From the NCBI GenBank assembly GCA_029856045.1, contig JAHQWG010000012.1, positions 140,110 through 204,109 of the forward strand: a DNA stretch of 64,000 bases, written 5' to 3'. Source of the stretch: Promethearchaeia archaeon. Its GTDB lineage: Archaea > Asgardarchaeota > Lokiarchaeia > Sigyniarchaeales > SOKP01. The notes beneath the pieces were generated by a model. The model was not told the DNA's origin, ran no database searches, and saw only the letters and a program-made list of their open reading frames with translations. The translations under genes were made by a program, and so were the position numbers. Positions 41,032 to 52,009 of the stretch are shown piece after piece. Every line of letters begins with the position of its first letter. Within the stretch, counting starts at the first letter, position 1.

Positions 41032-42123
41032 ATGGGTCGTATTATTTTACACATCGATATGGATTGTTTTTTTGCCGCAGTCGAAGCGAGAGATAATCCA
41101 GAATATAAAGGAAAACCCCTTATTGTAGGAGCGGATCCTAAAGAGGGAAAAGGTAGAGGAGTTGTGGCTACGTGTTCTTATGAGGCGAGAAAATTTGGGA
41201 TTCATTCAGCAATGCCGATATCTCAGGCATATAAATTATGTCCTCATGCAATTTTTGTTCGACCTAATTATTTTAAATATGCAGAAGTTTCTAAAAATGT
41301 GATGAACATTTTGAAAACATATTCACCAGCTTTTCAACAAATGGGTTCTGATGAAGCCTATTTAGAGTTAACAGAAATATGTTCTAATTTTAAAGAAGCT
41401 AGGAAAATAACGGAAAATATAAAAGATGTAATCTATGACTCTGAAGGTATAACATGTTCTATTGGTTGTGCCCCTACAAAAACTTTAGCTAAAATAAGTT
41501 CAGATCACAACAAACCAAATGGAATTACCATAGTTGAATCAGAAAATATTAAATCATTCTTAGAAAATATGGATATTATTAGGATTCCAGGGATTGGAAA
41601 AAAAACTAAAAAATACTATAACGAGAAAGGAATAAAAGTAATTGGAGATTTCATTAAAATCCCTTTACCTAGGATGATTGAGTTATTTGGTAAAAGTGGA
41701 AAATGGATTTGGGAGATCGTAAATGGATTAGATGATAGGCCTGTACAAGAATTTAGAGAGGACAGAAAATCAATCAGTAGAGAAAGAACGTTTCTTGAAG
41801 ATACAGATGATTTTAAATTAATACTAACAACTTTTGAAGAGATCAATAAGAAAATTCATAAACCAATTATTAAACACAATATTTTCTATAAAACAATAAC
41901 TTTAAAGATTAGATTTCAGGGTTTTATTACTTTTACTCGATCTAAATCACTTTTAATTCCTATCCAAAATGAGAAAAAAACATTAGAAATTATTTTAGAG
42001 TTATATAAAGAATTTTCAAAAGGAAAAAGAAAAATTCGTCTTATTGGAATTAAATTATCCAATTTAGATACTAAGATAAAATTCAAACAAAGAAATTTAT
42101 TAAATTTTTTAACTGTTCCATAG
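41032..42123 (+). CDS. dinB: DNA polymerase IV (Y-family)
   Basis: HIDMDCFFAAVE, CSYEARKFGIHSAMP, SDEAYL, KPNG, little-finger RLIG; C-terminal PIP box QRNLLNFL. Confidence 0.96.
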   Translation: MGRIILHIDMDCFFAAVEARDNPEYKGKPLIVGADPKEGKGRGVVATCSYEARKFGIHSAMPISQAYKLCPHAIFVRPNYFKYAEVSKNVMNILKTYSPAFQQMGSDEAYLELTEICSNFKEARKITENIKDVIYDSEGITCSIGCAPTKTLAKISSDHNKPNGITIVESENIKSFLENMDIIRIPGIGKKTKKYYNEKGIKVIGDFIKIPLPRMIELFGKSGKWIWEIVNGLDDRPVQEFREDRKSISRERTFLEDTDDFKLILTTFEEINKKIHKPIIKHNIFYKTITLKIRFQGFITFTRSKSLLIPIQNEKKTLEIILELYKEFSKGKRKIRLIGIKLSNLDTKIKFKQRNLLNFLTVP

Positions 42124-42130
42124 ATTTTTA

Positions 42131-43207
42131 TTATTTTCTTAGATATTTGGGAAAGGATGTAGTAATCTGAATATCAGCTATTAAAACAACAAAAATTTCC
42201 TTTTTATATTTAAATTCATCAATAATTTCATGTTTTTTCAAAATTTTGAGAATTTCAAGCAATGAAGTAAAAGCATCTTCTGAAATTAGATTTGGTAGAG
42301 TGTTTTTTAAGATAGGACCTGCTCGAAGTTTTGAAAGTACATTGTATATTTTAGGATCTGCAATAAATTGAAATAATTGAAATGAATCTTCCTTAGTTGG
42401 AATATATTTATCAAAAACTTTTTTAACTTTTTGGATAACAAGATCACTAATTTTTGGACTTTCGTCAAAATGCTCTATTAGACTTTTTGGTGGCATTCTT
42501 ATAGCTTTAACTTCTTTTAAAAGAAGTAGATGTTGTTCATAGATAATTTCGGTTATTAAAATAAATTGATTATCAATAAATTTTTTTATTACGCCATCAA
42601 ACAATGATTGTTTAAAATTTTCATTAAACCATTTTTGTAAATCATCACATCTAATAGCACCTTTAGAAAGCTTTTCATGAGTATCAAAGATTTCCTTCTC
42701 TTTAAATATAGATGCTATTTTTTCTTCTTCACTCTTATCACGAAATTCCTCTAATGATTTCCAATGTATTTCTTTTAACCAACTCTTAACTAATTCTTCA
42801 TTTTCTTCTATATTTTTTTGAACTTTCTCATCATATTTTTGTTTTTCATATATATGGAATGCTTTATATGCCTCTTTATTAGATTGTAACTTTTCTGTAA
42901 ATTCAATAAACCATAATAGAACATTTTTTTCTCTCTCTTTATTAACACTTTGATTTACAATTACCGATAACATTAACATTTGTCTGCCACCACGCGCCCA
43001 ATCAGAATAAATATCAAAATAATAATTCATAGAATTAAGATCTTCAAAATTATAAATAAAAAAGCCTTCTTCAAGTGGGTGATCCATAAGGTTTGCAATT
43101 CTACGCATTAATTGGGCATCTAAAGCATTTTCTGGAAATGAACAATATATTTGTGGACCGATTTTTGTATGAAAGAATGATAAAGTGACAAATAATTTCA
43201 AATACAA
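42131..43207 (-). CDS. uDENN/longin (NPRL2/folliculin-like) domain protein
   Basis: N-terminal LSFFHTKIGPQI and D-x-ARGG-R motifs; C-terminal helical, possibly wHTH, repeats. Confidence 0.65.
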   Translation of the reverse strand: MYLKLFVTLSFFHTKIGPQIYCSFPENALDAQLMRRIANLMDHPLEEGFFIYNFEDLNSMNYYFDIYSDWARGGRQMLMLSVIVNQSVNKEREKNVLLWFIEFTEKLQSNKEAYKAFHIYEKQKYDEKVQKNIEENEELVKSWLKEIHWKSLEEFRDKSEEEKIASIFKEKEIFDTHEKLSKGAIRCDDLQKWFNENFKQSLFDGVIKKFIDNQFILITEIIYEQHLLLLKEVKAIRMPPKSLIEHFDESPKISDLVIQKVKKVFDKYIPTKEDSFQLFQFIADPKIYNVLSKLRAGPILKNTLPNLISEDAFTSLLEILKILKKHEIIDEFKYKKEIFVVLIADIQITTSFPKYLRK

Positions 43208-43420
43208 TTCTACCTAAATTATTAAAATATAGTATAGATTTCCAGTATTAATATTAATATTGAAAAAATGGTTAACTTTTAAAAATTTATGGAAACCACT
43301 CTATTTGATTAAAAGATCTTGCCTTAATTTTTTATTAATTTGTTTCAAAATAACTTTTGTTATTAAAAATTTATAAAACTTAAAATTAAACATATTTTTG
43401 AGTTATGTGAGTTGTTAATT

Positions 43421-44548
43421 ATGTCAAAAGTATTAACACTTCGGCAAAGAGTTTTAAACACATTTTCTCGAAAAACAATTGATAGAATCGTATTTAGTCC
43501 CAGACTTTATTACTGGTACTATGGAAACCGTCTATGGAGACGACCAAGAACTGATAAAAAATGCGCAGGTAAGATACCTAAATATATTTTAAGAAAAAGT
43601 CTACTTGGAATTTTTGATTATCTTGAAGCAAGTCCACGATATGTTATAGAAAATTTTTATCTACCTTTAATTTGGCCAAGAAAAAAAGTAAGATATGTTC
43701 GGGTTAAATGGGGTAAGGACCGAGATGGGTCATTAATTACTGTTTATAAAACAAAAATAGGGAATCTTTATAAAAAAAGTCGAGGAGGGCATCTTGTAGA
43801 ATATCCAGTTAAAACTGTTAATGATATGAAAATTTTAAAATATATTATAAGACATACAAAATTTCATTTTTATTTGCCAATTTTTAAGTTAGCAAAAAAA
43901 ATAATTGGAGATAGAGGTGTTGTAGGTACCTTTTTTGCTCGTTCTCCTTATATGAGTTTAATAACACAATATATGGGTTTTGAAAGGACAATTATAAATT
44001 TAAGGCGATATCCGAATGAAATGGAAGATTTAATGAAATTTATGGACGGTTGTGATGATGATATGTTTGAAATTCTATGCAATTCCCCAATTAAAATTTT
44101 TAATTTCGGAGAGAATATTGATTGTAATTTAAGTCCTCCAAGATATTTTGAAAAGTTTCTAATTCCATATTATGAAAAACGAGTGAAACAATTTCATAGA
44201 GTTGGAAAATATTGCCACATTCATATGGACGGTTCCTTAAAGGATTTACTTCCATACTTAGAAGGATTACCATTTGACGGTTTAGAAGCCCTTACAGCTA
44301 AACCCCAGGGTGATGTCACTTTAGAAGAAATTCAAGATTCAATAGGCAAAAAGATTTTTCTTGATGGAATTCCTGCTTTAATATTCTTGCCTCAATACTC
44401 ATTTAAATATGTGAAAAAATATACTCAAAAAGTGTTAGAGATGTTCTCTCCAAACCTTATTTTAGGAGTATCTGATGAACTGCCTCCAAATGCTGATTTT
44501 AGGAAAGTGGAAATGGTCGCCGATATAGTAAAACATTATGAACTATGA
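43421..44548 (+). CDS. Uroporphyrinogen decarboxylase / cobalamin-dependent methyltransferase (MtaA/CmuA-like) superfamily protein
   Basis: EYPVKT, SPY, FGEN, SP-x-YFEK, HMDG, TAKPQGDV, ILGVSDELPP. Confidence 0.8.
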   Translation: MSKVLTLRQRVLNTFSRKTIDRIVFSPRLYYWYYGNRLWRRPRTDKKCAGKIPKYILRKSLLGIFDYLEASPRYVIENFYLPLIWPRKKVRYVRVKWGKDRDGSLITVYKTKIGNLYKKSRGGHLVEYPVKTVNDMKILKYIIRHTKFHFYLPIFKLAKKIIGDRGVVGTFFARSPYMSLITQYMGFERTIINLRRYPNEMEDLMKFMDGCDDDMFEILCNSPIKIFNFGENIDCNLSPPRYFEKFLIPYYEKRVKQFHRVGKYCHIHMDGSLKDLLPYLEGLPFDGLEALTAKPQGDVTLEEIQDSIGKKIFLDGIPALIFLPQYSFKYVKKYTQKVLEMFSPNLILGVSDELPPNADFRKVEMVADIVKHYEL

Positions 44549-44579
44549 AAAAATATTAAAAGTATTTTTCTATAATATT

Positions 44580-45599
44580 TTACTTAGTTTTTATATAACC
44601 ATTTTGATAAAACCAGTCAATTTGTTCCCTAATAGCAATATATAAATTTGTTCTAGGCATCATCAACTCGGTCCATGCTTTAGAACAATCGAATTCTCGA
44701 TAGTGCTCAGAAGCGGCAACACTCTCTAAAGGTGTTTTTGGGTCGGTATGTCTTATTTTACACGAGATGAATTCATCGAAGAATGCAAACATTTTCGCTA
44801 AAATTTTTGGAAACATAAAAAATGGAGCTTTTTTTCCTGCAACATCAGCAATTAAACGTAAGAAATCTCCGAAGGACATGTTTTTATTTCCTGCAATATA
44901 ACGTTCTCCTCCTTTTCCATTCTTAATCGCAAGAACATGTGCCATTGCAACATCTTTAACAGAAACAATATTTAATCTTGTATCAACAAAACCCGGCATT
45001 TTCCCGTTCATGAAGTCCCTTATAATCCTGCCAGTAGGTGTAGGTTTTATATCATAAGGGCCGATAGGAACGGTTGGAAGAATAGAACAAGTTATTAATC
45101 CCTTTTTATTCCATTTTTGTGCTATTAATTCACCCAAATACTTTGATCTCTTATAATGACCAGGTAATTCTTTTGGAGTTGCAAAAAGTTTTTCATCTCC
45201 TAAAGAACCATCAGATGGCATACCTATAGCACTTTCTGAACTGGTAAAAATTACTTTTTTAATTCCTTTTTCCTTTGCTTCTTTCATTAATTTATTTGTA
45301 GCCCATACATTCACATCATATATTGCCTGTATTTTTTTAGAATCTGCCCAAAACCACATAGGTAAAAATATGTAAATTGCTCCTGCATGAATTATATAAT
45401 CACAATCATCCATTGCTTGACTTATGGATTTGATATCCCTCAAATCACCATAAGCAAAATCAATATCTAAATCCCTAAGGTTTATTAAATTTGAGGTTTT
45501 TCTCACGAATACTTTAACTTCATAACCTTTCTTAATAGCTGCTCTTACAATATTCGCCCCAATAAATCCGTTTGCACCTGTTATTAAAACTTTTGACAT
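44580..45599 (-). CDS. NAD-dependent epimerase/dehydratase (HpnA / dihydroflavonol-reductase-like)
   Basis: ITGANGFIG, YKRSK, GPYDIKPTPTG. Confidence 0.9.
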   Translation of the reverse strand: MSKVLITGANGFIGANIVRAAIKKGYEVKVFVRKTSNLINLRDLDIDFAYGDLRDIKSISQAMDDCDYIIHAGAIYIFLPMWFWADSKKIQAIYDVNVWATNKLMKEAKEKGIKKVIFTSSESAIGMPSDGSLGDEKLFATPKELPGHYKRSKYLGELIAQKWNKKGLITCSILPTVPIGPYDIKPTPTGRIIRDFMNGKMPGFVDTRLNIVSVKDVAMAHVLAIKNGKGGERYIAGNKNMSFGDFLRLIADVAGKKAPFFMFPKILAKMFAFFDEFISCKIRHTDPKTPLESVAASEHYREFDCSKAWTELMMPRTNLYIAIREQIDWFYQNGYIKTK

Positions 45600-45751
45600 T
45601 TTCCAAGCCTGTTCGAAATCAAATTTTTATTTAACTATTATAATAATTTTAATCAATAAAAAAAATTAAGACTTTTAGATTACTTATAAATTATCATTCT
45701 TAAGCCTAATTTAAATTAATTTTCGATCAATATTTAATAGAGGTTTTTATT

Positions 45752-46969
45752 TTGCAAAATTCAAATGCTGTTCTAGAGAAAGAGATGAGAAATTATATTC
45801 TCGAAATTTGTGAAAAAATTGGACCGCGCCCACCTTGTTCTAAGAAAGAAGCAGAGGGGTCTAAATTTTTTTATAATACAATCAAAAAGTATTGTGATAA
45901 GATTACCATTGAAAAATTTTATACACATCCCGGAGCATATAAGGCAGCATTTAGAATCCCGATGATTTTTTATATTATTGGAATCTGTTTTTATTTTTTG
46001 TCCCCCTGGTTAAGTTTAATTATTACAGTAATTTCAGTTTTAATTTTATGGGGAGAAATGTGTTTTGTTAAAGAAATTATTGATCCTTTTTTTTCTAAAA
46101 AGAACTCTCAAAATGTTATAGGAAAAATAGAACCCAAGGAAATGAGAAAAAAAATTATAATTATTGGAAGTCATATCGACTCAAATTGGGAATTTCCTTT
46201 AATTAGAAAAATTCATTCCGGGTTTGCGGTAATTATTGCAATAAATCTATTTTTAAATGTGATTTTATTAGTGATTTTATTAATTCAGAATTTCTTGATT
46301 ATTTTTCAAATGCAAGTAATCTTTTCTAATATTTACTTCTTTTTTTTTTGGATATTTATAGCTGGCGTTCCAATTATCTTAATTCAATTATTTTTTATAA
46401 TTTCAAATCGTTCTGTTATGGGGGCTAATGATAATCTATCAGGAACTGCAGTATGTTATGAATTAGCTAAAAATTTGAACCATCCTAAAAATAAGCCTAA
46501 TTCAGTAGAAATTTGGATTAATTCCTATGGATGCGAAGAAATTGGGTCTAAAGGAAGTAAAGCGTTTGTTAAATCCCATTTAGATGAAATTAAAAATGGT
46601 ATAGTAATAAATGTTGATAATGTGGGAAATAAAAATGGGATACTTCAAATAAGTACAACTGAAATTTTTGGCTTAGTGAAAATGGATAAAAAAATTATAG
46701 GGCTTATAAACGAGGTCGCTAAAGAGTTGAATATAAATGTAAGATTGGCTCCTTTAATGGCATATACGGATTCATTAAGCTTTAGCCGTAAAAATATTGC
46801 AACCACTTCAATAAGTAGTATACCACGCTCATCAAAAGAACTTTTTTATCACACAAGGAATGACGTCATTGAAAATGTAGATTTTAAAAATTTGGTTAAT
46901 GTTTTTAAAATATGCATGCAAATTATAAAAAAAATAGATAATTCCTGTTCAAATTCCTACACTGTTTGA
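45752..46969 (+). CDS. M28 family peptidase with membrane-spanning insertions
   Basis: SHIDS, GANDNLSG, CEEIGSKGS, TD, YHTRND; about 4 TM helices. Confidence 0.88.
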   Translation: MQNSNAVLEKEMRNYILEICEKIGPRPPCSKKEAEGSKFFYNTIKKYCDKITIEKFYTHPGAYKAAFRIPMIFYIIGICFYFLSPWLSLIITVISVLILWGEMCFVKEIIDPFFSKKNSQNVIGKIEPKEMRKKIIIIGSHIDSNWEFPLIRKIHSGFAVIIAINLFLNVILLVILLIQNFLIIFQMQVIFSNIYFFFFWIFIAGVPIILIQLFFIISNRSVMGANDNLSGTAVCYELAKNLNHPKNKPNSVEIWINSYGCEEIGSKGSKAFVKSHLDEIKNGIVINVDNVGNKNGILQISTTEIFGLVKMDKKIIGLINEVAKELNINVRLAPLMAYTDSLSFSRKNIATTSISSIPRSSKELFYHTRNDVIENVDFKNLVNVFKICMQIIKKIDNSCSNSYTV

Positions 46970-47111
46970 GCTACAAGTGATTAATTGCAATTTTAATAAA
47001 GGATTTAATTAAAACAATATTATATATCTTCTTACTGAGTCTATATTATCAAAAAAAAATAATTTTTTTTTTAGAGTTTAATTATAAACTAACTTATGAG
47101 GGATATTTTTT

Positions 47112-48587
47112 ATGGGTTTATATGATGAATTAGTCAAAATTGTGGGAAATAAATATTGCTCAGATAAAGATTACATTAATATATCTTATTCTAGAGGATT
47201 GGATCCAGTTCTACCAGAGATTATCCCACAAATCGTGATAAGACCGGAATCAACTGAACAAGTATCTGAAATTGTAAAGATTGCTAATAAATATAAAGCC
47301 CCAATCTTACCGAGAGGTGGTGGTTGTGGCTTGATGGGAGGTAGTAAACCCATTAGTGAAGAAACAATTTTAGTAGATATGAAAAGAATGAATAAAATTT
47401 TAGACATTGATGAAGATAATCATTGTGTCACGGTTCAATGTGGAATAAATTGGTCTCAACTCAATGCTAGACTGTTTGATAAAGGTTATTATACAGGTAA
47501 TATGGGTCCTGGAAGTGGGTTAGCCGCTGCAGTCGGTGGAGGGTTATCTCATCATTCAGGAGGTGGTGGGGGTTGTGCAAAGTATGGAGAATGCACTGAA
47601 AATTGCGTTGATTTAGAAATTGTATTAGGAACTGGGGAAGTTTTAACATTTGGTTCAGGTGCAAGCCAATATGTAAAAAAACCATTTATACGGCTTGGTC
47701 TTGGTCCTGATTTAATGGGAATTTTCCTTGGAGATAATGGAACAATGGGTATAAAAACTACTGCAACATTAAAAATATATCCTAAACCTCCATATTATAG
47801 AGGCAAAACTTACTTGCTCGAAAAAGATCCCTATGAAAATTCCTGTAATATGGTTCAAGAAATGATGAAAATGGGTTGGGCAAATCATTTAGGAATTTAT
47901 GATTATTTTTTTACACCACCACCTTCTATAATGGGTATAACAGTGGAAAATTTGATTGAAACATGGGGAGATATAAGTGGAGGGGTTGTTTTTTATGTTA
48001 CCGAAGCTTACGATGAGAAAATTTTGGAGAGAAACTCGGAAATTTTAGAAAATATCGCAAAAAAATATTCGACCAGAGAATTAGGTCCAAGTAAAGAGGA
48101 GGGAAATATTACTGATTGGTTTTATGGAGAACAAGGACACTGGCAAATATATCATGCCTTATTCTCAGTAATGGGACCAGATTATTTTGCTTGTACCACT
48201 GAAATGAAGGTTCCAATCGTTAAATTTCCCGAAATGCTACATAAATTAGACGATTGGCTAATAAAAAATGAAGAAGCTTTATATGAAGTAGATGCAGAAG
48301 CGGGAGTCAGTCATGTAGTAATGTTGGATCATAATAGCTGTTATATTGGAAGTGGTTTGTCAGCAACACATGATGAAGAATTAAAAGAAGGGGTAATTGA
48401 ACTTTGGCGCAAACAATTTGAATTTATGCTAAAAGAAGGAATGGTATTATACATGTGTGGTCAAATAGGCTCTCAAGTAATTATTGATTCAAGAGTTTAT
48501 TCTGAAGAATACTATAATTTTTTCAAACAAGTAAAGAAATTGTGCGATCCTAATAATTTAATAAGTCCAGGTAAGTTTAGATTTTAA
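47112..48587 (+). CDS. FAD-binding oxidoreductase (GlcD/alkyl-DHAP-synthase-like)
   Basis: PRGGGCG, GPDLMGIFLGDNGTMGI, CDPNNLISPGK. Confidence 0.9.
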   Translation: MGLYDELVKIVGNKYCSDKDYINISYSRGLDPVLPEIIPQIVIRPESTEQVSEIVKIANKYKAPILPRGGGCGLMGGSKPISEETILVDMKRMNKILDIDEDNHCVTVQCGINWSQLNARLFDKGYYTGNMGPGSGLAAAVGGGLSHHSGGGGGCAKYGECTENCVDLEIVLGTGEVLTFGSGASQYVKKPFIRLGLGPDLMGIFLGDNGTMGIKTTATLKIYPKPPYYRGKTYLLEKDPYENSCNMVQEMMKMGWANHLGIYDYFFTPPPSIMGITVENLIETWGDISGGVVFYVTEAYDEKILERNSEILENIAKKYSTRELGPSKEEGNITDWFYGEQGHWQIYHALFSVMGPDYFACTTEMKVPIVKFPEMLHKLDDWLIKNEEALYEVDAEAGVSHVVMLDHNSCYIGSGLSATHDEELKEGVIELWRKQFEFMLKEGMVLYMCGQIGSQVIIDSRVYSEEYYNFFKQVKKLCDPNNLISPGKFRF

Positions 48588-48670
48588 AAAATATTGATCA
48601 AAAATTATGAGTGAAAAACCGTAATTAAAATGAAATTATCGAAATAACTAAAAAAAATAGAAGATTAAAA

Positions 48671-49891
48671 ATGACCGGAAAACTAAAAAGAATGTCAGAA
48701 TATGAAGAGAGATTACTTTCCTGTGTTTCAATTGGAGATTGCACAAATGCTATTAAAGGATTTTATAGTGATCCAATACTTGAGGCAACTTGTCCTATGA
48801 TTGAACATGGTCCGGGATTTGAAGCTTTCTTAGCTCGAGGAAAATTCACTATCGCACGAGGACTTCTTGATGGAAAGATAGAACCAAGTGAAGGACTTGC
48901 AGAAGTGATTTATCAGTGTACTTTATGTGGTGCTTGCCGAGAAGTATGTAACAATCCTGAAAATCCTTTTATGAAAATTAACGCAAAAGAAAATATCATA
49001 GATCATATAGAAATATGGGAGGCTTTAAGAGCTGACCTCGTAGATGCAGGAGTGGCCCCTATGTCTCGACACAAAGAAATTTTTCAACATGTCAAAAAGG
49101 AACATAACCCTTATTTCGAAAAACATAGTGAACGTTTAAATTGGTTGCCTAAAAATTCAAAATATATATCAAAAGGAGGGGATGCTTTATTTTTTGTTGG
49201 ATGTACCTCCGTTTATCGTTTAAATTATGTGTCTTCGACATTTCTTGATATTGCTAATAAGTCAAAAATAAATTTAACAATTTCACCGGATGAATGGTGT
49301 TGTGGCTCAATAAATCTTAGAACAGGCGATTTAAAAATTGCCAAACAATTAGCACAACATAATTATGAATTATTTAAAAATTCTGGAGTCGATAAAATAG
49401 TCACGACTTGCGCGGGTTGCTATAGAACTCTAAAGATGGATTATCCTAAATTAATCGATAATTGGGAATTCGAGGTGGTACATTCGATTGAAATGATAGA
49501 TGAGTTAATCAAAAAAGGAAAAATAAAAATCTCGAATAAAATTGATGGTGCCATGACATACCACGATCCTTGCCATTTAGGAAGACATTGTGGAATATAT
49601 AATGCCCCGAGAAATGTTATTGATGCAATAAGAGCAGATGACTTTGTTGAAATGAGGAGAAATAAAAAATATGCTTTTTGTTGCGGAGCTGGCGGTGGTG
49701 TTAAATCTGGTTTTCCTGACCTTGCACTTGAAATAGCAATTGATAGAATTGAAGAAGCTGAAGATACTGGAGCAAAATATTTAACTACTACTTGTCCTTT
49801 TTGTCTTAATAATCTAAAAGATGCGGCAAAAGCGAAAAAATCCTCAATAAAAGTTGTTGATCTACTTGAATTAGTAAACATGGCTATTTAA
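48671..49891 (+). CDS. Fe-S oxidoreductase with two CCG domains (GlpC/HdrD-like)
   Basis: CTLCGACREVC, EWCCG, TCAGC, YHDPCHLGR, CCGAGGG, TCPFC. Confidence 0.92.
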   Translation: MTGKLKRMSEYEERLLSCVSIGDCTNAIKGFYSDPILEATCPMIEHGPGFEAFLARGKFTIARGLLDGKIEPSEGLAEVIYQCTLCGACREVCNNPENPFMKINAKENIIDHIEIWEALRADLVDAGVAPMSRHKEIFQHVKKEHNPYFEKHSERLNWLPKNSKYISKGGDALFFVGCTSVYRLNYVSSTFLDIANKSKINLTISPDEWCCGSINLRTGDLKIAKQLAQHNYELFKNSGVDKIVTTCAGCYRTLKMDYPKLIDNWEFEVVHSIEMIDELIKKGKIKISNKIDGAMTYHDPCHLGRHCGIYNAPRNVIDAIRADDFVEMRRNKKYAFCCGAGGGVKSGFPDLALEIAIDRIEEAEDTGAKYLTTTCPFCLNNLKDAAKAKKSSIKVVDLLELVNMAI

Positions 49892-49987
49892 AAATTAAAA
49901 ATATGATTTTATTTCAAACCACAATATTTTAACAATTTCTATTTAAATAATTAGGAAAAAAAATTAAGACTTTATGGGTATTTAAAA

Positions 49988-51397
49988 TCAAAACCTTTTA
50001 ATTAGCCTAAGGCAAAATTCAATTCCATAACTGAGATTCGGGATCCACATGCGTTCCCCGGTCCCATGTTCCAATTCAATAAATTCTGAGAAGGACATGT
50101 TCGGATCAAGTCTTAAAGGAATAAAACCTAAACAATAAATACCTTTAGATCTAAAGAATTTAGTATCACAAGAGCCAGAGGATAACATCGGGACAATATT
50201 GGCCCCTGAATGCATCTCATTCATAATTTCTTCAATTAAATCATAAAAAAGATCTTTACTTGAATTTATTGTTGCCAATTGTGTGGGTTCGATTGGAATT
50301 ATCTCGATTTTATTAAATAATTTTTTACCTAAAGCTTTTCTAAGATATCCTTTTATTGTTTCACGATCATGCCCGGGTAAAATACGACAATCAAACGTCA
50401 TTTCAGCATATTGAGGGATAACATTGACCTTCTTTCCTGCGTTCAATAGCGTAGGATTTAATATATCGGATACTAGAGGAATTATCAATTTTGATAAAGG
50501 TTGTTTAAACAGTTTTCCTGCTAGATTAAGTGCAGGTCTAATTAATCGTTTAGAGGTTAATATTTTCTTTACAATTCCCGGCAAAGATATTTTCTTTGCT
50601 GTTTCTTTTATAGAATCTTGAATCTCAATTGGCGGTTTGAATTTGGCTATTCGCTGGATAACCTTAGATAAAACATAAAGTGCATTATCATCAGGTTTCA
50701 ACGGCATGGATCCATGACCTCCAATACCTTTGACCCTAATTTTTGTTTCTGCAACTCCTTTCTCTCCAATTTGAGCAACATAATCCTTAGAATCCTTACC
50801 AAACGGTAATAAAAACCCTCCACCTTCATTGATCACATAATCAACATTCACCTTATCAAAATGATTTTTAATTAAATATCCAACACCTAGCTCCCCACCC
50901 GCCTCTTCATCTGCGGTGAAGCATAATACGATATCGCCTTTTGGGTTATAACCTTCTCTTTTTAAATAAACTGCAGCCATTAATTCGGGAACTAAAATTC
51001 CTTTACAGTCAAGAGCCCCACGACCCCAAATATATTGGTCAGTTATGTCTCCACAAAACGGATCTCGCTCCCAGTTGGTTGGATCAGCGGGGACAACATC
51101 TAAATGCGCTAATAATAATAAACTTTTAGCATTTGAATCTGAACCTTTCCATCTACAAATGATACTTCCTCTTCTTGGCTCAGACTCAATAATTTCTATG
51201 TTTTCAAAACCCTCCTTTTCTAAAAGTCTTTTACAATATTCTGCAGCAGGGGTTTCATTACCTGGAGGATTTGTTGTGTCAATCTTAATTAAATCACTTA
51301 ATATTTCACATGCTTCTTTCACAACAGGACTACTAACAGGAAACATTAATTTAAATAATTCTTTTTCAGATTTCTCAATAATTTCTTTACTTGGCAA
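49988..51397 (-). CDS. M20/M25/M40 family metallo-hydrolase
   Basis: IDTTNPPGNE, AHLDVVPA, WGRGALDCK, DEEAGG, NEGGG, GHGSMP. Confidence 0.93.
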   Translation of the reverse strand: MPSKEIIEKSEKELFKLMFPVSSPVVKEACEILSDLIKIDTTNPPGNETPAAEYCKRLLEKEGFENIEIIESEPRRGSIICRWKGSDSNAKSLLLLAHLDVVPADPTNWERDPFCGDITDQYIWGRGALDCKGILVPELMAAVYLKREGYNPKGDIVLCFTADEEAGGELGVGYLIKNHFDKVNVDYVINEGGGFLLPFGKDSKDYVAQIGEKGVAETKIRVKGIGGHGSMPLKPDDNALYVLSKVIQRIAKFKPPIEIQDSIKETAKKISLPGIVKKILTSKRLIRPALNLAGKLFKQPLSKLIIPLVSDILNPTLLNAGKKVNVIPQYAEMTFDCRILPGHDRETIKGYLRKALGKKLFNKIEIIPIEPTQLATINSSKDLFYDLIEEIMNEMHSGANIVPMLSSGSCDTKFFRSKGIYCLGFIPLRLDPNMSFSEFIELEHGTGERMWIPNLSYGIEFCLRLIKRF

Positions 51398-51580
51398 GAT
51401 TAATCATCATTTAATTTTACATAAATTTTTAATTTAGCGATATAATAATTTAAAAATCGTCTATTTCTAAAATAAAAAATATTGGAAAAAATTAATGATT
51501 TCCTAAATTAAGGTAAATTTTTTATTTTTTTAATTATTTAACAATGTATATTTGGATATATTAACGGAAATTATCATATT

Positions 51581-51874
51581 ATGTCAATTAGCAAACTGGA
51601 ATTATTAGGTATGGAAGGAGCTATTGCCAATTATAAAAGGGGTCGGCATTTAATTCACCCAAAATATTGTATTTTACATTTTGATGCTATAAAATCTAGG
51701 AATAAGGCATCTATATTAATAGGCCGAACAGTAGAATGGATTTCGCCGGCAGGAAGATCTTTAAAAGGAAAAATAACAAAACCACATGGAAATAATGGAG
51801 CAGTTTTAGCCCATTTTAAAAAAGCTGGTTTGCCAGGTCAGGCATTAGGCCAAAAAATTAAAATAATTAAATAA
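51581..51874 (+). CDS. rpl35ae: 50S ribosomal protein L35Ae
   Basis: NYKRG..GKITKPHGNNGAVLAHF..LPGQALG. Confidence 0.95.
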   Translation: MSISKLELLGMEGAIANYKRGRHLIHPKYCILHFDAIKSRNKASILIGRTVEWISPAGRSLKGKITKPHGNNGAVLAHFKKAGLPGQALGQKIKIIK

Positions 51875-52009
51875 ATATTAAGTTTAATTTTTGTAATACA
51901 TAGATATTATTATATTTTTTAGGTTTTCCTTTTCTAACTTATTTTAAAAATTACATATGTATTTTAGGTTTCATTTAATTTTGCTAATTAGATTAGAGGT
52001 CCCTATTTA

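Noticed and set aside
44580-45599. Hopanoid/sterol biosynthesis implied by the HpnA-like gene
   Set aside because: No squalene synthase or cyclase is nearby, and HpnA-like SDRs are widespread with diverse substrates
47051-47072. A9-TAA-T10 palindrome and similar A/T inverted repeats (e.g. 39052-39083)
   Set aside because: Expected by chance at this AT content; at most terminator or promoter tracts
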